Shown here: piece after piece, positions 1-9,662 of the stretch
Numbering within the stretch: position 1 is the first letter of the stretch
How the letters are laid out: each line of letters opens with the position of its first letter
From: Halorarum halobium
GTDB lineage: Archaea > Halobacteriota > Halobacteria > Halobacteriales > Haloferacaceae
Length of the DNA stretch: 64,000 bases
Direction of reading: 5' to 3'
Assembly: GCF_032116555.1 (NCBI RefSeq)
Contig: NZ_CP134949.1
Coordinates: forward strand, 620,001-684,000
Position numbers and translations under genes: made by a program
The notes under the pieces: model-generated
The model's input: the letters and a program-made list of their open reading frames with translations, nothing else
What the model was told of the DNA's origin: nothing
Databases searched by the model: none

Positions 1-422
1 CCCTCGTAGGTGCCGACGTACACCTGGCCGAGGCTCGCCCCGGAGATTGGGTCGGCGTCGAACTCGTCGAACGTCTCCTCGACTGGACCGAGTTCCGATT
101 CGAGCACCGTCCGCGTCTCGTCCCACGGCGCGGGCGGCACCTCGTCCTGGAGCGTCGACAGCACGTCGATGTACTCGGGCGGGAGCACGTCCGGCCGGGT
201 CGAGAGGATCTGGCCGAGCTTGATGAACGTCGGTCCGAGCGTCAACAGCGTGTCGAGCAGCACCCGGGCGCGCTCGCGGCGCATCCCGGGCGAGACGTCG
301 CGGGACCCCCCGAACAGGAGGAAGCGGCGGCGGTCGCGTGCGTAGGCGACGATGAGGGGGAGAAAGCGATACACCACCAGCGGGAACCGCCAGTAGGCGC
401 GGGGAGAGACCAGCGTGACCAC
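1..422 (-). CDS. AarF/ABC1/UbiB family atypical protein kinase (5' part; runs off window start)
   Basis: Minus-strand translation from GTG at 422: VVTLVSPRAYWRFPLVVYRFLPLIVAYARDRRRFLLFGG...LGPTFIKLGQILSTRPD...PISGASLGQVY, the ABC1 signature; starts 6 nt after the Hsp20 stop. Confidence 0.85.
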   Translation of the reverse strand, partial: MVTLVSPRAYWRFPLVVYRFLPLIVAYARDRRRFLLFGGSRDVSPGMRRERARVLLDTLLTLGPTFIKLGQILSTRPDVLPPEYIDVLSTLQDEVPPAPWDETRTVLESELGPVEETFDEFDADPISGASLGQVYVGTYE

Positions 423-428
423 CCCGCC

Positions 429-785
429 TTACGCGTCCGAGATCGGGATGGTTCGTTCCGTGGCGGCGGCCCGCTTGCGGAGTCGGACCTCCAGCACCCC
501 CCTGTCCATCGACGCGTTCGCGTCCTCGTCGGTCGCGTCCGGCGGGAGCGGGAGGTCGGCGTCGAGAAACAGCGTCCGGTCCTCGTCGACGTACTCGAAC
601 TCGGCCGGGACGTCCTTCTCGCGGCGCGCTTCGACGTGCAGGCGACCGCCCTCGAAGGTCACCTCGGTCGTCCCGGCGGTCGCGCCGGGCAGGTCGACCA
701 CGAGGAGGTACTCGTCGTCGCTCTCCAGCACGTCCGCGAACACGGCCGCGGGAAGTTCCTTCAGCGCCTCGCGCAGTGTCGACAT
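429..785 (-). CDS. Hsp20/alpha-crystallin family small heat-shock protein
   Basis: MSTLREALKELPAAVFADVLESDDEYLLVVDLPG...ANASMDRGVLEVRL...TIPI; ATG at 785 chosen within ORF 429..950. Confidence 0.85.
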   Translation of the reverse strand: MSTLREALKELPAAVFADVLESDDEYLLVVDLPGATAGTTEVTFEGGRLHVEARREKDVPAEFEYVDEDRTLFLDADLPLPPDATDEDANASMDRGVLEVRLRKRAAATERTIPISDA

Positions 786-1078
786 GGATGGGAGTAGGGG
801 TGGACGGTCGAAAAAGGCCGCGGTCACTTCCGGGCGGGATCGCTCGTGAAATCTCCGAACGCGATCGTCGCCGACGACGCCGTCCGTGTCGGGACAGGGG
901 CTCGAAACCGGACGGTCGAGAGCAACCGGGGATTTCGAGGCGTCCGGCACGACGGCCGGACACGTTTCCGATCACGACCGCCGAACGGGCCAGCGGTCAC
1001 CGCACGTCCCGACACTCGACTCGAATCCAGATCACCGGGACCCCCATCGTTTAGCGTTCCTCGGACACACTCTCGTCC

Positions 1079-2149
1079 ATGGAGATCGCACCGTTCGAAC
1101 TCGAACGATGGTTCGCCGAGTACGAGCACGAGGCGGATATCATGCTCGCCGAATCCGGCATCAGATCGCTGCACGCCGACCGGTTCGACCTCGACGTGGG
1201 CGAACTGGGGTACGTCATCCCGACGAACGGCGACCCGGACCTGCGGGCCGACCTCGGGGCGCGCTACGACCGGAGCGCGGACGAGGTGCTGTTCACCTGT
1301 GGCACCCAGGAGGCGAACTTCCTGACGTTCATGGCGCTGCTGGGCTCCGAACACGGCGACGAGGCGGTCGTCGTCACGCCGACGTACCAGGCGCTCGACG
1401 GCCTCCCCGAGGCGTTCGGCGAGGTGACCCGCGTCGGTCTCGAACCGCCCGAATGGGAACTCGACGTCGACGCCGTCGCCGAGGCCGTCACCGACGACAC
1501 CGCGGTCGTGGTGCTGGCGAACCCGAACAACCCGACCGGGCGCTACCATCCCGAGGCGACCGTGAGAGAGCTCTACGACGTGGCGGCCGCCCACGACGCC
1601 TACCTGCTCTGTGACGAGGTGTACCGACTGCTCACGGAGGACCCGCTCCCGCCGGTCGCGTCGTTCGGCGAGCGGGGGCTCTCGACCGCGAGCCTCACGA
1701 AGGCGTACGGGCTCGCGGGCACCCGGTTCGGCTGGCTCGTCGGCGACGGGTCGGTCGTCGATGCGGCCTGGGAGTGGAAGGACTACACGACCATCTCGCC
1801 CTCGGCGTTCGGCCAGCACCTCGCGCGGCAGGCGCTGGGCGAGCAGGAGGACGAAATCTTGCGTGAGAACCGCCACCTGGCCCGGAAACACCACGACATG
1901 GTCGCGGCGTGGCTCGACGAGCACGGCCTCGACTGGCACGACCCGGTCGGCGTCAACGGGTTCGTCACGGTGCCGGACGGGTTCGACGGGTCCCGCGAGT
2001 TCTGCCGGACGGTGGTCGAGGACGCGTCGGTCGTGCTCGCGCCGGGGGACGTGTTCGGGCACGACGACTACTTCCGCATCGGGTTCGGGCTCCCGACCGA
2101 CGAACTCGAGGACGGACTGGCCCGCGTCGGGCGCGTGCTCGCCGAGTAG
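1079..2149 (+). CDS. PLP-dependent aminotransferase class I/II
   Basis: Motifs NPNNPTG, DEVY, SLTKAYGLAGTRFGW. Confidence 0.9.
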   Translation: MEIAPFELERWFAEYEHEADIMLAESGIRSLHADRFDLDVGELGYVIPTNGDPDLRADLGARYDRSADEVLFTCGTQEANFLTFMALLGSEHGDEAVVVTPTYQALDGLPEAFGEVTRVGLEPPEWELDVDAVAEAVTDDTAVVVLANPNNPTGRYHPEATVRELYDVAAAHDAYLLCDEVYRLLTEDPLPPVASFGERGLSTASLTKAYGLAGTRFGWLVGDGSVVDAAWEWKDYTTISPSAFGQHLARQALGEQEDEILRENRHLARKHHDMVAAWLDEHGLDWHDPVGVNGFVTVPDGFDGSREFCRTVVEDASVVLAPGDVFGHDDYFRIGFGLPTDELEDGLARVGRVLAE

Positions 2150-2304
2150 CCCCGACGGGAGAGAGCCCGGTGGGAGAACTCGGGTGTGTCCGGGGAACGT
2201 GAACCCGGGGAGTCGGGGGGCGAGGGAGGATCGAGGGACGGTATCGCGGGGAGAGAGCGCTTGCGAGCCGGATTCGCCGGCTTCGCCGACTCGCTATCAA
2301 ACCG

Positions 2305-2310
2305 TTTATA
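2305..2310 (+). promoter_or_regulatory. Probable TATA box of a leaderless aIF5A-agmatinase transcript
   Basis: TTTATA in a GC-rich context about 25 nt upstream of ATG 2335, typical haloarchaeal spacing. Confidence 0.55.
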
Positions 2311-2334
2311 CCGCCCGCGAGGGTAGTCCGGGGC

Positions 2335-2712
2335 ATGCCGAGAGAGCAGAAGCAGGTCCGGGAACTCCAGGAAGGGAGCTACGTCATGATGGACGACTCC
2401 CCCTGTACGATCAACCACTACAGCACGGCGAAGCCGGGCAAGCACGGCAGCGCCAAGGCCCGCGTGGAGGGCAAGGGCGTCTTCGACGAGAAGAAGCGCA
2501 GCCTGAGCCAGCCCGTCGACGCGAAGGTCTGGGTCCCCATCATCGAGCGGAAGGGCGGCCAGGTCGTCTCCATCTCGGGCGACGACGCACAGATCATGGA
2601 CCTGGACACCTACGAGACGTTCACGATGCGCATCCCGGAGGGCGAAAGCTTCGAGCCGGACCAGAACATCGAGTACCTCGAGTACGAGGGCCAGCGGAAG
2701 GTCGTCGGATAA
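2335..2712 (+). CDS. eif5a: Translation factor aIF-5A
   Basis: [17 protein letters not shown] hypusination-loop motif, 125 aa. Confidence 0.97.
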   Translation: MPREQKQVRELQEGSYVMMDDSPCTINHYSTAKPGKHGSAKARVEGKGVFDEKKRSLSQPVDAKVWVPIIERKGGQVVSISGDDAQIMDLDTYETFTMRIPEGESFEPDQNIEYLEYEGQRKVVG

Positions 2713-2716
2713 CACC

Positions 2717-3577
2717 ATGACTGCCCCGTTCCCGGGCGCGCGGGCGGCCGGCGACGGGGGCGACTCGGCGACCTACCACCTCGTCGGCGCGCCGCTCGAC
2801 GCGACGACCACCTTCCGGCCGGGGACGCGGTTCGGCCCCGACCGCGTCCGCCGGTTCGCGGAACCGTTCGACGACTACGACCGCCGTACCGACTCGTTCT
2901 TCTCCGATGCGGGGGTCCGCGACGCCGGCGACGTCCGCGCCTGGGACGACGTGCCGGCCTACCTCGATCACCTGACCGGCGAACTCCGCGGCGCGGTCAT
3001 CGACGACGCGCTCCCGCTCACGCTGGGCGGCGAGCACACGGTCACCTGGGCGGGCGTCCGCGCGACGGAACCCGACGTGCTCGTCGTCCTCGACGCCCAC
3101 CTCGACCTCCGCGACGAGTACGACGGCAACCCCCTGAACCACGCCTGCGTCCTGCGGCGGTGTCTCGACGGGTTCGACGACGGCGACCCTCCGACCGTCG
3201 AGGAACTGGTCGTGGTCGGCGCGCGGACCGGCGCGCGAGAGGAGTGGGAGCGCGCCGACCGGGACGACGTCACGGTCGTCGCCCCCGAGGACGCCGCCGA
3301 GTGGCGCGAGCACGCGCCGGACCTGGCGGGTCGGGACGTCTACCTCTCGGTCGACGTCGACGCGGCGGACCCGGGGTTCGCCCCCGGGACCGGCACCATG
3401 GAGCCGTTCGGGCTGGGGCCCCGCGAACTGCGCGAGGTGGTTCGGGGCGTGGCCGGCCGCTGTGTCGGGTTCGACGTCGTCGAGGTGAACGACCGCGACG
3501 ACGGCCAGACGGCCGCGCTGGCCGGGAAACTGGTGCGCGAGTTCGTCCACTCTCACCGGGCCGATTCCGACTCGTGA
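2717..3577 (+). CDS. speB: Agmatinase (ureohydrolase family)
   Basis: GGEH, DAHLD, SVDVDAADP, APGTGT motifs; 4 nt downstream of aIF5A. Confidence 0.9.
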   Translation: MTAPFPGARAAGDGGDSATYHLVGAPLDATTTFRPGTRFGPDRVRRFAEPFDDYDRRTDSFFSDAGVRDAGDVRAWDDVPAYLDHLTGELRGAVIDDALPLTLGGEHTVTWAGVRATEPDVLVVLDAHLDLRDEYDGNPLNHACVLRRCLDGFDDGDPPTVEELVVVGARTGAREEWERADRDDVTVVAPEDAAEWREHAPDLAGRDVYLSVDVDAADPGFAPGTGTMEPFGLGPRELREVVRGVAGRCVGFDVVEVNDRDDGQTAALAGKLVREFVHSHRADSDS

Positions 3578-3744
3578 AGTCGGGTGGTCGTCCCGGGGAG
3601 ACCTTGGTGACGACCGCCTTCGCTACCGCACCTCCCATAGTGGCGACCGCCGTGTCACGAGAACGGACCCGAACTACCCATCGATAGAACAGCAAGAACT
3701 GTCCGTGGGCGACGGTTTATGCGACTCGGTCCCAACCACGCTAC

Positions 3745-5523
3745 ATGAGCAACCAGCAGGCCCGGGACCCCGCTCCCGCCGAAGGCGACGACGGGGAGCG
3801 GTTCGCGGGCGACAAATCCGAGGACCTCCCGAGCCACGAGGTCACCGCCGGCCCGGAGCGCGCCCCCCACCGCGCGATGTTCCGCGCGATGGGCTATGAC
3901 GACCGCGACCTCTCCTCGCCGATGGTCGGTATCCCGAACCCCGCCGCGGACATCACGCCCTGCAACGTCCACCTCGACGACGTCGCCGACGCCGCGCGCA
4001 AGGGCGTCGAGAACGCCGGCGGGATGCCCATCGAGTTCGGCACCGTCACCATCTCGGACGCCATCTCGATGGGGACCGAGGGGATGAAAGCCAGCCTCAT
4101 CAGCCGCGAGGTCATCGCCGACTCCGTCGAACTCGTCTCCTTCGGCGAGCGCATGGACGCGCTCGTGACGGTCGCCGGCTGTGACAAGAACCTCCCCGGG
4201 ATGATGATGGCCGCCATCCGGACCGACCTGCCCTCCGTCTTCCTCTACGGCGGGTCGATCATGCCCGGCGAGCACGACGGGCGTGACATCACGGTCCAGA
4301 ACGTCTTCGAGGGCGTCGGCACGTACGCCGAGGGCGAGATGTCCGCCGACGAACTCGACGAGATGGAGCGACACGCCTGCCCCGGCGCCGGCTCCTGTGG
4401 CGGGATGTTCACCGCGAACACGATGGCGTCGATCTCCGAGGCGCTGGGGCTCGCGCCACTGGGCGCCGCCTCCCCGCCGGCCGAGTCCGACGAACGGCTC
4501 GACGTGGCCCGCCGGGCGGGCGAACTCGCCCTGGAGTGTGTCGAGCAGGACCGCCGGCCCTCCGACGTCGTCAGCAGGAAGTCGTTCGAGAACGCCATCG
4601 CCGTCCAGGTGGCGATGGGCGGCTCGACGAACGCGGTGCTTCACCTGCTCGCGCTCGCCGCGGAGGCGGACGTCGACCTCTCGATCGAGGAGTTCGACGA
4701 GATCTCCCGGCGGACGCCCAAGATCGCGAACCTCCAGCCCGGCGGCACGCGCGTCATGCTCGACCTCCACGAGGTCGGCGGCGTCCCGGTCGTTATGCGC
4801 CGCCTGCTCGCGGGCGGCTACCTCCACGGCAACGCGATGACCGTCACCGGCCGCACCGTCGCCGAGGAACTCGCCCACCTCGAGGAGCGCGGCGCGCTCC
4901 CCGAGGACGACGCCATCGAGGCGGACTTCCTCTACACGACCGACGAGCCTTACTCCGAGGAGGGCGCCATCAAGGTGCTCACCGGCAACCTCGCGCCCGA
5001 CGGAGCGGTGCTGAAAGTCACCGGCGACGACGCGTTCCACCACGAGGGACCGGCCCGCGTGTTCGAGGACGAGGAGTCCGCGATGGCGTACGTCCAGTCG
5101 GGCGACATCGAGTCGGGCGACGTGCTCGTCATCCGGAATGAGGGGCCACGCGGCGGCCCGGGGATGCGCGAGATGCTCGGCGTCACCGCCGCGGTCGTCG
5201 GCGCGGGCCACGAGGACGACGTCGCGCTGCTGACCGACGGACGCTTCTCGGGCGCGACCCGCGGCCCGATGGTCGGCCACGTCGCCCCCGAGGCGGCGGA
5301 CGGCGGCCCGATCGGCCTGGTCGAGGACGGCGACACGGTGACCGTGGACATCCCGAGCCGCGAGCTTTCGGTGGATCTGGACGACGACGAACTGGAGCGG
5401 CGTGCTGACGACTGGGAGCCGCGGGAGCCGGCGTACGTCGGCGGCGTGCTGGCGAAATACGCGCGCGACTTCGGGAGTGCTGCTAACGGTGCGGTGACGA
5501 ATCCGAAGGCGAAACGGGAGTAG
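3745..5523 (+). CDS. ilvD: Dihydroxy-acid dehydratase
   Basis: [55 protein letters not shown]. Confidence 0.97.
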   Translation: MSNQQARDPAPAEGDDGERFAGDKSEDLPSHEVTAGPERAPHRAMFRAMGYDDRDLSSPMVGIPNPAADITPCNVHLDDVADAARKGVENAGGMPIEFGTVTISDAISMGTEGMKASLISREVIADSVELVSFGERMDALVTVAGCDKNLPGMMMAAIRTDLPSVFLYGGSIMPGEHDGRDITVQNVFEGVGTYAEGEMSADELDEMERHACPGAGSCGGMFTANTMASISEALGLAPLGAASPPAESDERLDVARRAGELALECVEQDRRPSDVVSRKSFENAIAVQVAMGGSTNAVLHLLALAAEADVDLSIEEFDEISRRTPKIANLQPGGTRVMLDLHEVGGVPVVMRRLLAGGYLHGNAMTVTGRTVAEELAHLEERGALPEDDAIEADFLYTTDEPYSEEGAIKVLTGNLAPDGAVLKVTGDDAFHHEGPARVFEDEESAMAYVQSGDIESGDVLVIRNEGPRGGPGMREMLGVTAAVVGAGHEDDVALLTDGRFSGATRGPMVGHVAPEAADGGPIGLVEDGDTVTVDIPSRELSVDLDDDELERRADDWEPREPAYVGGVLAKYARDFGSAANGAVTNPKAKRE

Positions 5524-5682
5524 GTGGAGACGGACTCGGGTTTCGTTTTGGTTTCTCGATTGATCGGCTCGAAAGTCATCGCTATCGTCCTTTCGGGGAA
5601 GTTCGGTCGACGCTCCGACTGCCTCGAAAGCCCTCGGTGTATCGTATTCAGACCTGTCTCGGGTATCAGTGACGCACGCCTC

Positions 5683-5802
5683 GAAAGCCCCCTCGGCTGT
5701 CGACTCGGTGCGACTGCTGTGCTCCTCGGCTCGCTACGCTCGCCTGCGGTGCTTGACAGTCGCGCCATCGCCGACAGCCGAGGCCCCTTTCAGTCCCACC
5801 CG
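5683..5802 (+). repeat. Intergenic structured repeat, module 1 copy A
   Basis: GAAAGCCC-[CCTCGGCTGTCG 5691-5702]...TGCTCCTC...CCTGCGGTGCTTG...[CGACAGCCGAGG 5772-5783]-CCCCTTTCAGTCCCACCCG; homologous to 27496-27707 and 53572-53695. Confidence 0.85.
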
Positions 5803-5819
5803 ACCGCACCGCCACCGCA

Positions 5820-5941
5820 CCTCACCCTCCCCAGCCTCCTGTGCTCCTCGATTCACTCGCTGCGCTCGTTCACCTGCGGTGCTCGTCCCTCGCGCGCGTC
5901 GACTCACCCCACGAGGGGGTTCGCGTCACGCGCGCCAGCCG
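5820..5941 (+). repeat. Intergenic structured repeat, module 2 copy A
   Basis: CCTCACCCTCCCCAGCC...GCTCCTCG...CGGTGCTCGTCCCTCGCGCGCG...CCCCACGAGGGGG...CGCGTCACGCGCGCCAGCCG; inverted homolog at 53821-53983. Confidence 0.8.
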
Positions 5942-5952
5942 GCTGATTCACG

Positions 5953-7140
5953 TCACGAGGTCTCCGAACTCCCGTTTAACGTCTCGTGAATCCCGAGCAC
6001 CAGCGCCGGCACGACGACCATGAAGACGTGCTCCTCCAGGGGAATCCCGAGCAGTTCGACCCCCGTCCGCATCGGGATCGAGAACACGCCGACCTCCAGC
6101 GTGTACCAGTCCCAGACGTACGCGACGGGGTAGAGCACGGCGATCGTCCTCGCGGCGCGCCACAGCGCGTCCCGCCCCTCCCGAGCCAGCAGCGCGAGCG
6201 CGGCGGTCCCGAACGCGACCTCCGTGGCGAGGTAGGTGTACGGGCCGAGGGCGGTGACGTTCGGGAGTCCGACGTCCGCGAGCGGTCGGAAGAACGTCGC
6301 CACCAGCAGGCCGGCGAGGAACAGGTACGCGCCCCGGATCAGGAGCATCGTCGCCGTCTCGGCGTCCGCGGGGTAGGCGAGCGCGACGACGGCGGCGTAG
6401 ACGAGGCTCGCGGCGGGGGCGCTCGGCGGGACGACGCCCACGACCGCGAGCGGGACCACCGAGAACAGCCCCGCGCCGATGATGCCGTAGGCGAGCGTCC
6501 GGGCGCGCGAGCGGCCGAGCGCGACGGCGACCGTGCGCTTCCCGATGGAGGTGTCGTAGGCGTAGTCCTGCGAGTCGTCGACCACCTTCACCCCGGCGAG
6601 CGTGACGAGGAACACGCAGGCGAGCGCCAGCGGCTCCGGGGCGACGAGGCCGGTCTGGGCGACGTAGCCGCCCAGGACGCACAGCGCGATGCCGGTCGGG
6701 TAGCCCAGCGTCGTCGTCACCGGGTTCGTGTCGAGCTGTGGCGCGTGGAGGAAGCCGACGAACCAGGTCGGGAGCGTGACGAGCGCCGCGAGCGGGCCGG
6801 CCGCGGCGAGGAGCCAGAGGAGGCAGGCCAGAAAGCCGACCCCCGCGCCGACGAGGCCGAGCCGACAGCCCCGCTCGGTCATCGGGTGGTCATCGTCCTC
6901 GCCGCGGCCGTAGAAGTCGACGTAGCCGTCCTTCACGTGGGCGGTGTAGACGGCGAAGAACATCGCGGCGGCGTGGACGAGCGCCACCCGGACGTCGAAC
7001 CCGCCCCCGAGCGACTCGCCCGCGAGTGACGCGCCGAACAGCGAGGCCGCGAGCGGCGGGAGCATGAACACGGGGTGGACCTGGGAGGCGAACGCTCGGA
7101 GGGTCGCCGTCGGCCCGCTCCCGTGGCGGGCGACTGCCAT
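5953..7140 (-). CDS. Membrane protein: UbiA-like prenyltransferase domain fused to a C-terminal lycopene-cyclase-like domain
   Basis: Multi-TM; Asp-rich HVKDGYVDF..GEDDD and KVVDDSQDYAYD; C-terminal WDWYTLEVGVF...GIPLEEHVF resembles membrane lycopene cyclase domains. Confidence 0.65.
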   Translation of the reverse strand: MAVARHGSGPTATLRAFASQVHPVFMLPPLAASLFGASLAGESLGGGFDVRVALVHAAAMFFAVYTAHVKDGYVDFYGRGEDDDHPMTERGCRLGLVGAGVGFLACLLWLLAAAGPLAALVTLPTWFVGFLHAPQLDTNPVTTTLGYPTGIALCVLGGYVAQTGLVAPEPLALACVFLVTLAGVKVVDDSQDYAYDTSIGKRTVAVALGRSRARTLAYGIIGAGLFSVVPLAVVGVVPPSAPAASLVYAAVVALAYPADAETATMLLIRGAYLFLAGLLVATFFRPLADVGLPNVTALGPYTYLATEVAFGTAALALLAREGRDALWRAARTIAVLYPVAYVWDWYTLEVGVFSIPMRTGVELLGIPLEEHVFMVVVPALVLGIHETLNGSSETS

Positions 7141-7229
7141 ACGACTCGTTCGGCCGCAGTTCGGTTAAAACGATTGGCGGGGTGGGCTCGGGAACGGACG
7201 CGACGGAGGCATGCGGGACCGGGAGCGGA

Positions 7230-8555
7230 TCAGCCGGTCGGATCCAGCGCGTCCCGGAGCGCGTCGGCCGCGAGTTTGAACGCCAGCGTCGTCCCCGCGA
7301 GCGCGACGACGCCGCTCGTCGCCACCCACCACTGGCTGGTGACGCCGAACTGGATGCCGGTGGCGATGAGTTCGCCCCACGAGGGCTGGTCGACGTCGTT
7401 CAGTTGCAGGTACGCGATGGCCGCCTCGGTGACGAGCAGCAGCGGGACCTGCTGGCCGAACGCCGTCACGATGCCGTGGGAGACGTTCGGGAGCACGTGC
7501 CGCCGGAGCCGATACCCCGGCGCGCCGCCGAGCGCCTGTGCGGCCCGGACGTACTCCTCGTCGCGGCGCTGTCTCGTTTCGGCGCGGACGACGCGCGCGA
7601 CGCCGCCCCACGAGAACAGCCCGAACACGAGCACGAGCATGAAGAGGCTCTTCTCGACGACGAGCACCAGCACGACGTACGCGACGATCGCGGGGATGGT
7701 CTGCTGGACGTCGACGTACCGGCTGAGGACGGCGTCGATCCGGCCGCCGTAGAAGCCGGCCGTCGCGCCGACGATCGCCCCCAGCGGGACGACGATGGCC
7801 GCGCTGATCACCGCCACGTACAGCGCGAGGCGGGTCCCCGCGACGAGCAGCGTCAGCACGTCGAAGCCCAGGCCGTCGGTGCCGAGCGGGTGCGCGAGCG
7901 AGCCCTGACAGCGGTCCCCGGTCACCTGCCCGGCACACGAGGCGATGCCGTCGGTGTCGACGCTCAGCCCGACCGGCGGCTGGCCGCCCAGAAGCGGGTC
8001 CGCGGACGGGCTGCCGACCAGCGGCGGGCCGACGACGCCGACGAGGAAGAACGCGGCGAGCGCGGCGAGCGCGAGCGTCGCGCCCGTGTCCTCGGAGAGC
8101 CGGTGCCAGTACCGCGCCGCGAGCTCCCGGTTCGGAACGAGCCGGCTGGCGAGCGTCCCCAGCAGCCACAGCGACGCGAGGAACAGCCAGTCCGACCGCG
8201 TCGGGTCCCACTCCCAGGCGGGCACGAGGTAGACGTGCACGACGAACGCGTCATAGCAGAACAGCGCCGCAAGCGCGAGCAGCGCGACCGCGGAGACGAC
8301 GGTGCGTGCCGGGAGGCCGGCGAGTCGCTTGCCCACGCCCCCCGGCTCCTCGGGACCCGTGGCGAGCTGGCCGAGCGAGCGCTCGTCCCGCTCGCGGAAC
8401 TCGGGGGACGCCTCGGCGTCGAACCCGTGGACGAACGTCCTGTTGCCCCTGCGGGCACCGTCCGAGGACGCTCCCGCGCCGCCGCTCCCGTCGCGGTCGC
8501 CCCCGTCGGTCACGGCGGGGCGAGTCGAGCGCCGGTCGTTGGGGTCCCGAGCCAC
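7230..8555 (-). CDS. ABC transporter permease, DppC/OppC type, with N-terminal extension (start uncertain)
   Basis: HPLGTDGLGFDV...GTRLAL, EEYVRAAQALGG, RHVLPN, QPSWG. Confidence 0.85.
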   Translation of the reverse strand: MARDPNDRRSTRPAVTDGGDRDGSGGAGASSDGARRGNRTFVHGFDAEASPEFRERDERSLGQLATGPEEPGGVGKRLAGLPARTVVSAVALLALAALFCYDAFVVHVYLVPAWEWDPTRSDWLFLASLWLLGTLASRLVPNRELAARYWHRLSEDTGATLALAALAAFFLVGVVGPPLVGSPSADPLLGGQPPVGLSVDTDGIASCAGQVTGDRCQGSLAHPLGTDGLGFDVLTLLVAGTRLALYVAVISAAIVVPLGAIVGATAGFYGGRIDAVLSRYVDVQQTIPAIVAYVVLVLVVEKSLFMLVLVFGLFSWGGVARVVRAETRQRRDEEYVRAAQALGGAPGYRLRRHVLPNVSHGIVTAFGQQVPLLLVTEAAIAYLQLNDVDQPSWGELIATGIQFGVTSQWWVATSGVVALAGTTLAFKLAADALRDALDPTG

Positions 8556-8696
8556 GTCGGCCCCGAGTCGGCCGCCGCTCGACCTAAAAGCGCCGATGGC
8601 TGAACTGCTCGTTTGAGCAAACCATTAGTAGCGACGGCGACCACTCCGGCCAGACGTGCTCGAACCGACTGACGGCCCGGAACGGAGCGGCTCGCC

Positions 8697-9662
8697 GTGA
8701 GGGGACGCCGGCTCCTCGTCCGCCTCGCCGAGGCGTGTCTCACGGTGTTCGTCGGGCTCACGGCCACGTTCGCCATCGTGACCGTCGCGCCGAACACGGC
8801 GGTCGAGGGCGCGGTCGCGAGCGCCTCGTTCGCCTCCGGCGGCGAGTTGAACGAGAGCGAACTGGCGGCGCTCCGGGAGACGTACCGCGCGGCACGCGGA
8901 CTCGACCGCCCGCTCTCGGCCCGCTACGTCGGGTACATGCTCCACATGGTCACGCTCCAGTGGGGCGTCTCCTTCAGCCTCGACGCGCCCGTGACCGCGC
9001 TGGTGGCCGACCGGATGGCGCGGACGCTCCGCTACGCGATTCCGGGGTTCCTCCTCGCGGTCGTGTTCGGCGTCACGGGCGGGCTCTACAGCACCGCGCG
9101 GGAGGGCACCCTCCGGGCCGCCGCGATCCGGGTGGGCGGGTATCTCGCGTTCGGGATCCCGAACTTCTGGATCGCCGGGGTGCTGCTGTGGGTGCTCGCG
9201 CTCCCGCCGGTCGCGGCCGCGCTCGGGCCTGCTTGGTGGCTCACGCGCTGGGCGTTCCCGGCGCTGCTGCTCGCGACGACGCTGTTCGCCAGCCAGCTCG
9301 CCTACACGCGCTCGGAGACCCGCGAGGTCGTCGGCGCGGACTTCGTCCGCTACCTCCACGCGAAGGGGCTCTCGGGACGAACGGTCGCGTTGCGGGTGCT
9401 CCGGAACGTCGTCGGCCCCATCGCGGCGCTGTTCGTCACGGACCTGCTCGCGGTGCTGGTCGTCGCCATCTACGTCATCGAGTTCGCGTTCGGCATCCCG
9501 GGGTTCGGCCGGCTCTCCTACGACGCGGCCATCGAGCGCGACATGCCGCTGCTGCTCGGGACGGCGGTCGTGGTGATCGTGATCGGCGTCCTCGGCAACC
9601 TCCTCAGCGACGTGATCGCCAGCGCTGCTGACCCGCGAACCAGGGAGGGGGGTGAGTCGTGA
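8697..9662 (+). CDS. ABC transporter permease, DppB/OppB type
   Basis: GLDRPL..RYVGY, GIPNFWIA, DFVRYLHAKGLS, IEFAFGIPGFG, RDMPL, ADPR. Confidence 0.85.
   Translation: MRGRRLLVRLAEACLTVFVGLTATFAIVTVAPNTAVEGAVASASFASGGELNESELAALRETYRAARGLDRPLSARYVGYMLHMVTLQWGVSFSLDAPVTALVADRMARTLRYAIPGFLLAVVFGVTGGLYSTAREGTLRAAAIRVGGYLAFGIPNFWIAGVLLWVLALPPVAAALGPAWWLTRWAFPALLLATTLFASQLAYTRSETREVVGADFVRYLHAKGLSGRTVALRVLRNVVGPIAALFVTDLLAVLVVAIYVIEFAFGIPGFGRLSYDAAIERDMPLLLGTAVVVIVIGVLGNLLSDVIASAADPRTREGGES

Noticed and set aside
5524..5946. Short ORFs over the repeat loci (5524..5946, 27462..27761, 53457..53786, 53516..53887) sharing peptides such as GPFQSHP and APFSPTR
   Set aside because: The shared peptides appear in several frames and simply reflect the nucleotide repeat; conservation follows base pairing rather than codons.
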